Origin: Acidimicrobiia bacterium
GTDB taxonomy: Bacteria; Actinomycetota; Acidimicrobiia; Spongiisociales; ZC4RG35
DNA length: 64,000 nt
Reading direction: 5' to 3'
NCBI GenBank assembly: GCA_965203555.1
Contig: CBDBCY010000004.1
Location: 1,216,001-1,280,000 of the forward strand
Part shown: positions 8,861 to 18,666 of the stretch, in pieces
Numbering within the stretch: position 1 is the stretch's first letter
How the letters are laid out: each line of letters starts with the position of its first letter
Notes under the pieces: model-generated
The model's database searches: none
Told to the model about the DNA's origin: nothing
The model's input: only the letters and a program-made list of their open reading frames with translations
Translations under genes and position numbers: made by a program

Positions 8861-10416
8861 ATGAATCGATTTGAACGCAATCGCCAGACGGTCCGGCCTC
8901 CCTCAACCGTCGACATCGAAGAAACAGCGGCTCTGGACGGGATCGAACTCGCCGACTCGGAGGCCGAGGACCTGTCGGGCATCATCACCGCCCTGGTGAT
9001 GGCGGCCGGGGAGGCCGACCGGTTCCAGCCGCCGGCTGTATCCACCTTTGCGACTTCCCGCGATGCCGGTCGGCGGCCGTCTGCGAGAGCGAGGACCCGC
9101 TGAACGCCTTCATCCGGATGTGCGAAGTGGCGGGCGCCGAGGATGGCCCCCTGGCCGGTTGGCGCCTGGGTGTGAAGGACAACATCGCGGTGGCCGGCGT
9201 GCCGATGACCAACGGATCCGCCCTGACCCCGTTCACCCCCACGTTGGACTCGGTGGTCGTCGAGAGGATCCTCAAAGCGGGGGGCTCGATCGTGGGGACG
9301 CTCAACATGGACGACCACGGTGGAGGAGCAACGGGGGTGATGAGCGCCTTCGGTCCGGCGAGGAACCCGCTCGACCCGTCGCGAACCGCGGGAGGGTCTT
9401 CGGGAGGGGCGGGCTCCGCGGTTGCCTCGGGCGCGGTCGACGCGGCTCTGGGAGTGGACCAGGGGGGCAGCGGGCGCATACCCGCCGCGTGCTGCGGGGT
9501 GGCGACCATCAAGGCCACTCACGGCCTGATCCCCACCTTCGGGGTGACCCCGATAGACCACTCGATCGACTACGTAACGCCCCTCGCCCGTTCGGTGCGG
9601 GAAGTCGCCATCCTGTTGGAGGTGATCGCCGGAGACGACTGGCGTGACCCCCAGGGGATCCACATTCCCATCGAGATCCCCGAGTACCGGCGGGCCGAGG
9701 AAGACGGCGTCTCGGGGCTGCGGGTAGCGGTGATCGAAGAGAGCATCACAGGTGTCGAATGCGAACCGGTGGTGGTCGAGACGATCGATGAGGCGGTCGG
9801 CGCACTTGAGCAGGCCGGCGCGCATGTTGAGCGGATCTCGGCGCCAATGTGGAGCGACGCCTCTGCCATATTCGGCCCGTACGTGGCTCACCTGGTGGGC
9901 AACATGGTGCGGACCGAGGGCGGCAGCCACGGTCACATGGGATACATCGATGCCGACCGGATGCATGCCTTCGCCACCGGCAGGCGCGCCCAGTCCAGAG
10001 AGTTGAACCCCTACGTCAAGTGCTGGACCATCGCCAGCAGGTATCTGATGGAGCGGTACATGAACGTCCCGTTCGGGCGGTTGCACAATGCGCGGCTGGA
10101 GTCGCGCCGAGGCATCAGCGAGCTCCTGGATGCCTGGGACCTGCTGATCACGCCGACCATCCCCTTTGTGGCGCCCAAGTTGCCTGCGGTCCCCACTCCC
10201 CTGCCAGACCTGTTGGCGGACTCGAAAGCCTCGGTGGCGTTCAACACCTCACCGCTCAACATGTCCGGCCATCCGGCGGCGGCGGTGCCCGGTCTTTACG
10301 ACGCCGACGGCCTGCCCGCCTCGGTGCAGATCGTTGCCTCCCACTTCGACGAGTACACGGCGTTGCGGGCCGCGTTCGTGCTGGAGGACTACTTCTCGGG
10401 GCGCAAGCCCCAATAG
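8861..10416 (+). pseudogene. Amidase signature family enzyme, frameshifted near 9086
   Basis: KDNIAVAG, GGSSGG.G, DQGGSGRIPA catalytic motifs in 9118-10416; N-terminus from ATG 8861 is in another frame; removing 2 nt gives RRPSASEDPLNAFIR. Confidence 0.82.
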
Positions 10417-10426
10417 GTGTGACGCT

Positions 10427-11761
10427 ATGACCGCCGGGAGGTCCCTCGAACGACGGGCCCTCGACCATCTGTGGATTCACGAGAGCCCCCGATCCGAATT
10501 CGTGGATCACGACATGCTCAGGGTCTTCGAACGGGGCGAGGGCCCGTGGCTGTGGGACACCCGCGGTGATCGCTACTTCGACCTCTGCTCGTCGATGTGG
10601 CAGACGCCGCTGGGGCATGGTCGCCAGGACATCCCCGCGGCGATGGCCGAGCAGGCCCGCAGGGTCGCCACGGCCGGGCCGATCTTCTTCACAACCCGGG
10701 GAGCGGTGGAACTTGCCGAGCGGCTTGCCGCCTCGGCGCCGGGGGATATGCAACACTCGTTCCTAACCAGTTCCGGCTCGGAGGCCACCGAGACCGCCCT
10801 CAAGCTGGCTCGCCAGTATCACCGCATGCGGGGCGATCACCATCGCTACAAGGTGATATCCCGCTACGGGTCGTATCACGGCGCCGGTGCGGGAGGCCTG
10901 GCCATGTCGGGTCGCCGGCACCGCGATTCGGTGTACTACCCCCTGATGCCGGGAGGAGTCCACGTCATGCCGCCCACGGGAGTCTCGGACCTTCAGTACG
11001 CCGAGCAGATCCGGGACGTGATCGAACTGGAGGGACCTGAGACGGTGGCGGCGGTGATCGGCGAGCCGGTGGCGATCACCGAGTTCCGGATCCCGGACGA
11101 GACGTACTGGCCGCGGGTGAGAGAGATATGTGACGAGTACGGCGTGCTGCTGATCATCGACGAGACGCTGGTGGGGTGCTGTCGGAGCGGGCGGATGTGG
11201 GGAATCGAGCACTGGAACGTCGTGCCGGATGTGATGGTGGTGGCCAAGGCATTGAGCGGCGGATACGCACCCGCGGCTGCGATGATCGTCCGAGAGCACG
11301 TCTTCGCGGCGTTCGGGCACGACACGGGCTCTCCCTCGGTCCAGAGTTACGGGGGTCACGGCGCCACCGCCGCGGCGGCCGCCAAGGCCATGGAGATCTA
11401 CATGGACGGGCGAATGGACCGGGTGGCGGAGTCGCTGGGTTTGGAGCTATTCGAGATGCTGAGCGGGGTCAGGGAGTTTCCGATCGTGGGAGACATGCGC
11501 CGCTTCGGTCTGTGGGTCGGAATCGAACTCGTCAATCCAACGACGGGAGAGTCCTACGCAACGGGGATCCGCGGCACGTTCGAAGTGGCCAGGGAACTCA
11601 GCCGGCGATTGTTGCGGCTCGGCTGTGCCGCCGCCCGGATGTCAGAGGGCATCCTGCACGTGGCCCCTCCCTATGTTTCCACCAGCGAAGACCTGGAATT
11701 CGCCACCGAGGCGGTGGTTTCCGTGCTGGACGAAATCTCCGATAAGCTATCCAAAGGCTGA
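10427..11761 (+). CDS. Class III aminotransferase (omega-amino acid/BioA/taurine-pyruvate type)
   Basis: SGSEATETALK, SYHG, LLIIDET, PDVMVVAKALSGGY with PLP lysine; ATG at 10427. Confidence 0.9.
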   Translation: MTAGRSLERRALDHLWIHESPRSEFVDHDMLRVFERGEGPWLWDTRGDRYFDLCSSMWQTPLGHGRQDIPAAMAEQARRVATAGPIFFTTRGAVELAERLAASAPGDMQHSFLTSSGSEATETALKLARQYHRMRGDHHRYKVISRYGSYHGAGAGGLAMSGRRHRDSVYYPLMPGGVHVMPPTGVSDLQYAEQIRDVIELEGPETVAAVIGEPVAITEFRIPDETYWPRVREICDEYGVLLIIDETLVGCCRSGRMWGIEHWNVVPDVMVVAKALSGGYAPAAAMIVREHVFAAFGHDTGSPSVQSYGGHGATAAAAAKAMEIYMDGRMDRVAESLGLELFEMLSGVREFPIVGDMRRFGLWVGIELVNPTTGESYATGIRGTFEVARELSRRLLRLGCAAARMSEGILHVAPPYVSTSEDLEFATEAVVSVLDEISDKLSKG

Positions 11762-11791
11762 TAGATAGAGGAAACGAAGGGGACAACGAGC

Positions 11792-12466
11792 GTGCAGCAC
11801 AACTGGACGATTGAACAGCGCATCACCAAGGAATTAAGGGACCTCATAGTCGCAGGGGAACTCGAACCGGGCATCAGGGTGCGATACCGGGATCTCGCCA
11901 AACAGTTCGGAGTCAGCGTCACGCCGGTTCGCGCCGCTCTGCGGGAACTGGCACACGAGGGCCTGATCGACGCCCGCCCCAACGCCGCCAACTACGTGTC
12001 GCCGCTGTCACTTGATGAGGTCGAACAGTTGTACCTGACCAGGATGGGATTCGAATCGTGGCTGGCTCAACTGGGCGCGCCCCGGTTGTCGAGTCGGTCC
12101 CTCCGTCTGATGGAGCAGAAACTGAAGAGGTTCGAGACGGCCGCGGAAAAGCGGGACAGCGAAGGCTTGGTGGATGTCGCATGGAAGATGCGGTTGGTCT
12201 GCTATGAAGCAGCCGATCGTCCCGGCCTGCTGCAAAAGGCGGCGGAGCTTTACGACCGCTCGCGGCGCTATACCCATCGGACACTGATGGTCGCCTCCCG
12301 TCACGATGAGTCCAGTGCGGTGGCCAAAGCCTTTTATGGCGCCTGTCTGGAACACAACGGCGATCTGGCGGCGGAGATCATCCGGAAGGCCCTCGAGGTG
12401 ACCTTCCTGGATCTGAACGCTATCATCGCCTCCTCTCTCGACGGGCGATTCCCGGTTTCGGCCTAA
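11792..12466 (+). CDS. GntR family transcriptional regulator (FCD domain)
   Basis: LRDLIVAGELEPG...LAKQFGVSVTPVRAAL..L..EGLI HTH. Confidence 0.9.
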   Translation: MQHNWTIEQRITKELRDLIVAGELEPGIRVRYRDLAKQFGVSVTPVRAALRELAHEGLIDARPNAANYVSPLSLDEVEQLYLTRMGFESWLAQLGAPRLSSRSLRLMEQKLKRFETAAEKRDSEGLVDVAWKMRLVCYEAADRPGLLQKAAELYDRSRRYTHRTLMVASRHDESSAVAKAFYGACLEHNGDLAAEIIRKALEVTFLDLNAIIASSLDGRFPVSA

Positions 12467-12718
12467 CCGCAGAAGCGTCCTTCGCCGCTCTGCGCGGCGC
12501 CAGTTTCCGACCACGCCTCGTGCGGCAGGCCATTACGACGCTGGCTCAGTCGAGTTGAGAACCACCGGCCGAACAGGGGACCCAGGGCGCCATCGCTTGG
12601 TCCCTCGGGCTCCGGAGTAGCAGTACAAGGCGTGTAGGGCCGGTCGGCACGCCTGGATTTAGGGACAAGAGATGAGCGATCGTCCGGTTCGCCGGCCGAT
12701 GGTCCGAGGGCTGTCGGG

Positions 12719-13102
12719 CTAGACCTGGTAGAGGTGGATCAGGTTTCCACAGGTGTCGTCGAGGACGGCCTGGATGATTCCCCCTGCGGTTGTCGGTTCC
12801 ATTGTGAACCTCACACCGAGTTGGCTCAATCGTTCGAACTCTGCCTGGACGTCTTCTGTGGCGAACGACGCCTGGGCTATTCCCTGTTCGTAGATTGCCT
12901 GCTGGTAGGTGCTGGCCACGGGGTTGTCGTTGGGTTCCAGAAGCAGTTCGACGTCATCGGGTCCATCGGGGGAGACCACGGTCAACCACTTGAACTCCCC
13001 CGCTGGGAAGTCCTGCTTCTTGACGAAGCCGAGAATCTCGGTGTAGAACCTCAGTGCCTTGTCCTGGTCGTTCACGAACACACTGGTGAGGTTGATTCTC
13101 AT
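12719..13102 (-). CDS. VOC/glyoxalase family protein
   Basis: SVFVNDQDKALRFYTEILGF...WLTVVSP...DDTCGNLI; ATG at 13102. Confidence 0.9.
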   Translation of the reverse strand: MRINLTSVFVNDQDKALRFYTEILGFVKKQDFPAGEFKWLTVVSPDGPDDVELLLEPNDNPVASTYQQAIYEQGIAQASFATEDVQAEFERLSQLGVRFTMEPTTAGGIIQAVLDDTCGNLIHLYQV

Positions 13103-13253
13103 TGTCGCCCTCTGCCTTCTCTTTGAGTTGTCCGATGTGCGGGCCGCCGTGAGCACACGTCGGCCACCCGGTGTCAAATGCTAATGCCGACCGATTTGGC
13201 GGCGGGACCCTGGTCGTTAATGTCGCGGCTAGGAAAGCCACCAACCGGACGAG

Positions 13254-14768
13254 ATGAAGAGACGAGCGATCGGGGCCATCGACCAGGGAACGACCAGTAG
13301 CCGGTTCATGATCTTCGATCAAGCCGGTGGGGTGGTCGCATCCGCACAGCGGGAGTTCCCTCAGATCCTCCCCCGGCCGGGTTGGGTCGAACATGATCCC
13401 TCGGACATCCTCGAGAGCGTGGAGGCGGTGGTTGGCGAGGCGCTCGACTCGGCGGGAATGACTGCCCGGGAACTGGCGGCGGTGGGGATCGCCAACCAGC
13501 GGGAGACCACTCTGGTGTGGGACCGCACCAACGGCAGGCCCCTGGCCAATGCGATCGTATGGCAGGACACCCGGACCGACCGGATCTGTGAGAAGTTGGC
13601 CCGCGACGGAGGCATCGATCGGTTCCGGGAGCGGACCGGGCTTCCCCTGGCCACCTACTTCAGCGGGCCGAAGGCGGCCTGGCTGCTGGAGAACGCCGAG
13701 GGCGTGGCGGAGAAGGCGGCTCGTGGGGAGGCGGCCATGGGCACCGTGGACTCCTGGCTGGTGTGGAACCTGACCGGCGCAGTGGACGGAGGGAAGCATG
13801 TGACCGATGTCACCAACGCCTCTCGGACCCTGCTGATGGACCTCGACACCCTCGACTGGAGCGACGACCTGTTGGGAGCGATGGGAATACCCCGCTCGAT
13901 GATGGGCGAGGTGCTCCCCTCGATCGGCAGGGTGGGGATCGGAACCGGGGTCCTAGAGGGGGTTCCCATCTCGACGATTCTGGGAGACCAGCAGGCCGCG
14001 CTGTTCGGTCAGACGTGTTTCGAGCCCGGTGAGGCCAAGAACACCTATGGGACCGGGTGTTTCATGCTGATGAACACCGGAACCCGCAAGGTGCCTTCCA
14101 TCCACGGACTGCTGACCACGGTGGGCTACCAGGTCGCCGGGTCCGATCCGGTGTACGCGCTGGAGGGGTCGGTGGCTGTCACGGGTTCTCTGGTGCAGTG
14201 GCTTCGGGACAACCTGGAGATGATCTCCTCGGCGGAGGAGGTTGAGGGGTTGGCGGCCTCGGTCCCGGACAACGGCGACGTCTACTTCGTTCCGGCATTC
14301 TCCGGTCTGTTCGCTCCCCATTGGCGGGCGGACGCCCGGGGAGTGATCACCGGCCTCACCCGGTTCGCCAACCGGGGGCACATCGCCCGGGCGGTGCTGG
14401 AGGCCACCGCCTACCAGACGCGGGAGGTACTCGAGGCGATGAAAGCCGACTCGGGAGTGGCGCTGACCGAGTTGCGAGTGGACGGGGGGATGGTGGCCAA
14501 CAGCCTGCTCATGCAGTTCCAGTCGGACATCCTAGACGTGGAGGTGGTGTGTCCCCGGGTGAGCGAGACCACCGCCCTGGGCGCCGCCTACGGTGCCGGG
14601 CTGGCCGAGAGATTCTGGACCAACCTCGACGATCTGCGCCGCAACTGGCAGGAGGACCGCCGCTGGTCGCCCCGGATGTCGGAAGAAAACCGGGAAACCC
14701 GGTACGCCCGGTGGCAGAAGGCCGTTACTCGCTCCCTGGGGTGGACCGGAGAAGGTTCAGCGAGATAG
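13254..14768 (+). CDS. glpK: Glycerol kinase
   Basis: [50 protein letters not shown]. Confidence 0.96.
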   Translation: MKRRAIGAIDQGTTSSRFMIFDQAGGVVASAQREFPQILPRPGWVEHDPSDILESVEAVVGEALDSAGMTARELAAVGIANQRETTLVWDRTNGRPLANAIVWQDTRTDRICEKLARDGGIDRFRERTGLPLATYFSGPKAAWLLENAEGVAEKAARGEAAMGTVDSWLVWNLTGAVDGGKHVTDVTNASRTLLMDLDTLDWSDDLLGAMGIPRSMMGEVLPSIGRVGIGTGVLEGVPISTILGDQQAALFGQTCFEPGEAKNTYGTGCFMLMNTGTRKVPSIHGLLTTVGYQVAGSDPVYALEGSVAVTGSLVQWLRDNLEMISSAEEVEGLAASVPDNGDVYFVPAFSGLFAPHWRADARGVITGLTRFANRGHIARAVLEATAYQTREVLEAMKADSGVALTELRVDGGMVANSLLMQFQSDILDVEVVCPRVSETTALGAAYGAGLAERFWTNLDDLRRNWQEDRRWSPRMSEENRETRYARWQKAVTRSLGWTGEGSAR

Positions 14769-14864
14769 ACCCTTGACTACGTCGGGATCGCGCCTACCGT
14801 CGTTCCCTGTCCACAGCCATCTACCAGCGGCCATTCCAGGTTGGCCTTTAAACATGCTGGCCCT

Positions 14865-15269
14865 TCAGGCCGTCGATGAAGGTCCGTTCGATCCCAATCT
14901 GCGCATTATCGCATTAACTACCGGCACCACAATACCTAGGCTCCCAAAAGCGATGCCGGTAGGGGGATGTCCCAAGATCATCGCCACCAGGGCGACCATA
15001 AGCGCCATGTATGTCACGAGTCCACCCAACAACATGCCAGTTCGCAGACGTCGCTCTTTCGCGGTGTTAGCTTGAATTCGTGCGCCTTGCTCTGTTTGAG
15101 CCATTTGGAGTATCGTCATGGCTGATCCAGGTAAGACATTCTCATAACCCTCGAGATCCTCTGGAGCAGGAATAGGCCCGATCCAATGCCTCTCTACACT
15201 CTGAATCTCTGCGACTTAGGGGTCGGGGGTGGTAGACGGCTGATCTGAAGGCGTCTCAGATAGAGTCAA
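14865..15269 (-). pseudogene. DUF2335-like membrane protein interrupted by in-frame TAA at 15216-15218
   Basis: GPIPAPEDLEGYENVLPGSA..ILQMAQTEQ.AR motif then two TM helices; TTG start overlaps upstream stop (TTGA); nonsense codon at codon 18. Confidence 0.7.
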
Positions 15270-15535
15270 TGTTCAATAGTCTCCAAGGACTTCACAGCAT
15301 TGAAGAAGTATTGGCCAACATTGACCCAGTCCCCACGAAGCGCAACAGCATCAGCACGGAAGCCGTTAGGACCAAATAGCATTTCTGCATCTTCATCAGT
15401 TTCGATCCACAGGACCGCCTCCGCAGCCCCATCCAGATAATCATCCATACGATGCCGCCATTGACAAGCAGCAGGTTTGTACACACGGGTGAGTCTCCTC
15501 CGCAACTTCTCCCGTCCTTGCTGTTGTCGGCTCAT
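15266..15535 (-). CDS. Small hypothetical protein coupled to DUF2335-like gene
   Basis: C-terminal DAVALRGDWVNVG motif; start uncertain (15535 or 15448). Confidence 0.55.
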   Translation of the reverse strand: MSRQQQGREKLRRRLTRVYKPAACQWRHRMDDYLDGAAEAVLWIETDEDAEMLFGPNGFRADAVALRGDWVNVGQYFFNAVKSLETIEH

Positions 15536-15731
15536 ACCTTCGAGAGTAGGAAACTACAAAAATGTAAGTTCAAGTTGATTGGGGCTTACTCCAGTCTAGG
15601 CTCTACCGATCCCAAAGAAGAGGTTTCCGCGCCATGAATCGTTCGCTGGAGGAGGACGTCGATTCAAGACCACTAGGAAGGGAGAGCAGCATTCATTATG
15701 CTCTCCTAGCTGCGCTGATCGTAGGAGTACC

Positions 15732-16526
15732 GTGCCGCTGGACTTTCCTGACATCTCAAGGAACCTGTTCGACCTGAGCGGGTATTGCAGCGTGGTGACC
15801 GGCGCCGGCCAGGGCATCGGTCTGTCCCTCTCGAAGGGCCTGGCGCATGCGGGAAGCGACCTGGTGCTGGTCGACATGAACGCCGAGACCCTGGAGAGCG
15901 CCGCGCGGGAGATCGGCGAGATCGGCCCCGGGGTTTCGACCGTCCATGCGGATGTAACCGCGGAAGACACGCCGGAGAGAATCGTCCGGGCCGCGCTGGC
16001 ACTGAGCGGTCGGATCGACGTGCTGGTCAACAACGCCGGGATCATGGGGTACTCGGACATGCTGGACGTCACCGACGAGCAGTGGGACCGCATGTACGGG
16101 ATCAACCTGCGGGCGCCGATGCGGATCATGCGGGCGGTCTTGGGGGAGATGAGCCGGGCGGGCCGGGGAAGCGTGATCAACATCGGGAGTTCCTGGTCGT
16201 CCCGGGCCTCGATCTTCAACCAGGACGGGGGTGGAGTGGACTACTGCTCGGCCAAGGCGGCGTTGCAGGCTCTCAGCCGGGCCGCCGCCCAGGATGTGGC
16301 GCCCTACGGCGTGCGGGTGAACGCCATCGCTCCGGGAGCGGTGGACACACCCATGCACGCCCACCATCGCGAATACCTCTTCTCCTATGAGAAGTACATC
16401 CCGATCGGACGGATGCAGGTGGCAGAAGACCTGGTGGGGCCGGTGATCTTCCTGGCGTCGGACGCCGGCGCGTATGTGACCGGCCAGACCATCCATGTCA
16501 ACGGCGGGATCCTGATGGTCGACTGA
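15732..16526 (+). CDS. Short-chain dehydrogenase/reductase
   Basis: TGAGQGIG, NNAG, YCSAK, VRVNAIAPG; AGGAG RBS. Confidence 0.93.
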   Translation: MPLDFPDISRNLFDLSGYCSVVTGAGQGIGLSLSKGLAHAGSDLVLVDMNAETLESAAREIGEIGPGVSTVHADVTAEDTPERIVRAALALSGRIDVLVNNAGIMGYSDMLDVTDEQWDRMYGINLRAPMRIMRAVLGEMSRAGRGSVINIGSSWSSRASIFNQDGGGVDYCSAKAALQALSRAAAQDVAPYGVRVNAIAPGAVDTPMHAHHREYLFSYEKYIPIGRMQVAEDLVGPVIFLASDAGAYVTGQTIHVNGGILMVD

Positions 16527-16568
16527 TAATCTCTGCGGTTGGTACCCGTCACTGACCAGGAGGTTTGA

Positions 16569-17399
16569 ATGTTCACCCGCGACCAGGTGTGGCAGAGGCT
16601 GACGGACACTCTTTCGGAGGGAAGGCCCGTCATCGGAGCGGGTGCGGGAACCGGGATTTCAGCCAAGTTCGCAGAACGCGGTGGCGCTGACCTGATCCTG
16701 ATATACAACTCGGGCCGGTACCGGATGGGAGGGCACGGGTCCAATGCCGGTTTGCTCCCCATCGGGGACGCCAACGCCATCGTGATGGAGATGGGTGAGA
16801 GAGAGGTCCTGCCGGTGGTGGAGAACACGCCGGTGATCGCCGGGGTGAACGGGACCGACCCCACCCGGGTGATGGACCACTTCCTGGGACAGGTGGAGGC
16901 GATGGGCTTTTCGGGTGTCATCAACTTTCCCTCGGTTGGGTACATCGACGGGAGGTGGCGCCAGAGCCTGGAAGCGACCGGCTTCGGCTATTACCGGGAG
17001 GCGGAGATGATCCGGAAGGCGTCCGCGCGGGGCTTGTTCACCCTGGCCTACTGCTACGACCCCAGGGAAGCGCCGATGATGGCCGAGGCGGGAGTGGATG
17101 TGATGGTTGCCCACCTGGGCTTGACCACCGGCGGCAGCATCGGCGCCGACGATTCTTTCACCTCTTCTCTCGATGCCTGCGTGGAACAGGCGATCGAGAC
17201 CCGGGAGTTGTCGGAGGCGGTGAACCCCGACATCCTGGTGGTGCTGCATGGAGGTCCACTGGAGAATCCCGAGCAGGTCGACATGGTGATGCGCGCCTCT
17301 GGATGCCCGGGATTCATCGGCGCCAGCACCATGGAACGCCTACCGACCGAGACAGCTATCGAGAACACGGTGCGAGGCTTCAAGGACCTGGCTCTCTAG
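16569..17399 (+). CDS. Phosphoenolpyruvate hydrolase-like TIM-barrel protein (Tm-1 C-terminal homolog)
   Basis: GAGAGTGISAK, LIYNSGRYRMGG.GS.AGLLP.GDAN, HLGLTTGG.IG, HGGP, GASTMERLP.E. Confidence 0.9.
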   Translation: MFTRDQVWQRLTDTLSEGRPVIGAGAGTGISAKFAERGGADLILIYNSGRYRMGGHGSNAGLLPIGDANAIVMEMGEREVLPVVENTPVIAGVNGTDPTRVMDHFLGQVEAMGFSGVINFPSVGYIDGRWRQSLEATGFGYYREAEMIRKASARGLFTLAYCYDPREAPMMAEAGVDVMVAHLGLTTGGSIGADDSFTSSLDACVEQAIETRELSEAVNPDILVVLHGGPLENPEQVDMVMRASGCPGFIGASTMERLPTETAIENTVRGFKDLAL

Positions 17400-17444
17400 A
17401 GCAGTGGTTCGCATTCGCCGGCAGTCGACCCTCACTCCCCCACC

Positions 17445-18656
17445 GTGAGCCGGGTGGTCGTGGTCGGCGCCTTCGACACGAAGGCCGAACCTCTCGGACT
17501 GCTGGTGGAGACACTCACCCAGATGGGATCTCCTCCCATCACCATCGACACGGGAGTTTTCAGCGGCGACCACGGTTGCCACCATCCCGCCGGGGCTGTG
17601 GCCGAGGCTACCGGGCACTCGCTGGGAGAACTTCCTTCGCTCGGTCGAGCGGAGGCGGTCTCGGCAATGGCGCGGGGAGCCTCGGTGATTCTCCGAGAAC
17701 TGGTCGGAGACGGCCAGGTTGGCGCCCTGGTTTGTTTGGGGGGATCCAATGCCTCAGCGCTGTTCACACATCTGGCGCCGATCGTCCCGTTGGGCATCCC
17801 GAAGGTCCTCATGGCCACCTCTGTTGCCGGGGAGACCCGGCCCCTCGTGGATGGCCGCGATGTCACGATGATCTATCCGATCGTGGACATCGAGGGGGAT
17901 AACAGCATCCTCCGGGCAATGATCGGGCGGTTGGCCCGGGTGACGGTGGCGTTGCGGGGATCAGGACCGCTGAGCGACCCGGAAGGTTCAGCACGGCCGG
18001 TGGGAATGACGATGTACGGGTTAACCAATCCGTGCGTCACCCACTGCCGGTCGCTGCTTTCCGAGGCCGGCCTCGAATCGGTGGTCTTCCACGCCAACGG
18101 GACGGGTGGGCGGTCTTTCGAGTCCTTCATCTCCCAGAGGCTCGTCTCGGCGGTGATCGACATCACCATCTCGGAGATCACCGACGAACTGTTCGGCGGC
18201 CTCTGGCCGGCCGGGCCGGAGCGGCTTCGGACGGCTTCTCGGGTTGGAGTCCCCCAGGTGGTGGCGCCCGGGGCGATCGACATGATCTGCGTGGGCCCTC
18301 TTGCCACTCTGCCCGAGGGTTTCCGAGACCGGACCATCCAGGCTCACAACGAACTGGTGACCCTGGTTCGGACCACTGCAGAGGAGAATTACCGGATGGG
18401 CCGGACGGTGGCTGAACGACTGGGAACGCCGCAGGCCAAGACTGCGGTGCTGGTCCCCATGAGAGGGTTCTCCGGCCTCGACATCGAAGGCGGTCCGTTC
18501 CACGATCCCGAAGCTGTGGAGGCCTTCTTGGAGGGGGTGCAATCCTGTGTGGCGCCGCTGGTGTCGGTGGTGGGAGTGGATCACCACATCAACGACCGCG
18601 AGTTTGCCGAGGCGCTGGCGAGAGAAGCCGTCTCGCCGGTCGTCACCTTGACCTAG
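17445..18656 (+). CDS. Tm-1-like ATP-binding domain protein (UPF0261)
   Basis: GAFDTKAE, LGGS, P.GIPKV, TMYGLT.PCV, FHANG.GG, APGAIDM. Confidence 0.88.
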   Translation: MSRVVVVGAFDTKAEPLGLLVETLTQMGSPPITIDTGVFSGDHGCHHPAGAVAEATGHSLGELPSLGRAEAVSAMARGASVILRELVGDGQVGALVCLGGSNASALFTHLAPIVPLGIPKVLMATSVAGETRPLVDGRDVTMIYPIVDIEGDNSILRAMIGRLARVTVALRGSGPLSDPEGSARPVGMTMYGLTNPCVTHCRSLLSEAGLESVVFHANGTGGRSFESFISQRLVSAVIDITISEITDELFGGLWPAGPERLRTASRVGVPQVVAPGAIDMICVGPLATLPEGFRDRTIQAHNELVTLVRTTAEENYRMGRTVAERLGTPQAKTAVLVPMRGFSGLDIEGGPFHDPEAVEAFLEGVQSCVAPLVSVVGVDHHINDREFAEALAREAVSPVVTLT

Positions 18657-18666
18657 GAAACGGAGC

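Noticed and set aside
8490-9100. Programmed ribosomal frameshifting at the two broken genes
   Set aside because: No slippery heptamer or homopolymer run; indels are the simpler explanation
12470-12718. GC-rich intergenic region with small hairpins, considered as tRNA/ncRNA
   Set aside because: No cloverleaf, T-loop or recognisable RNA motif and no second copy seen
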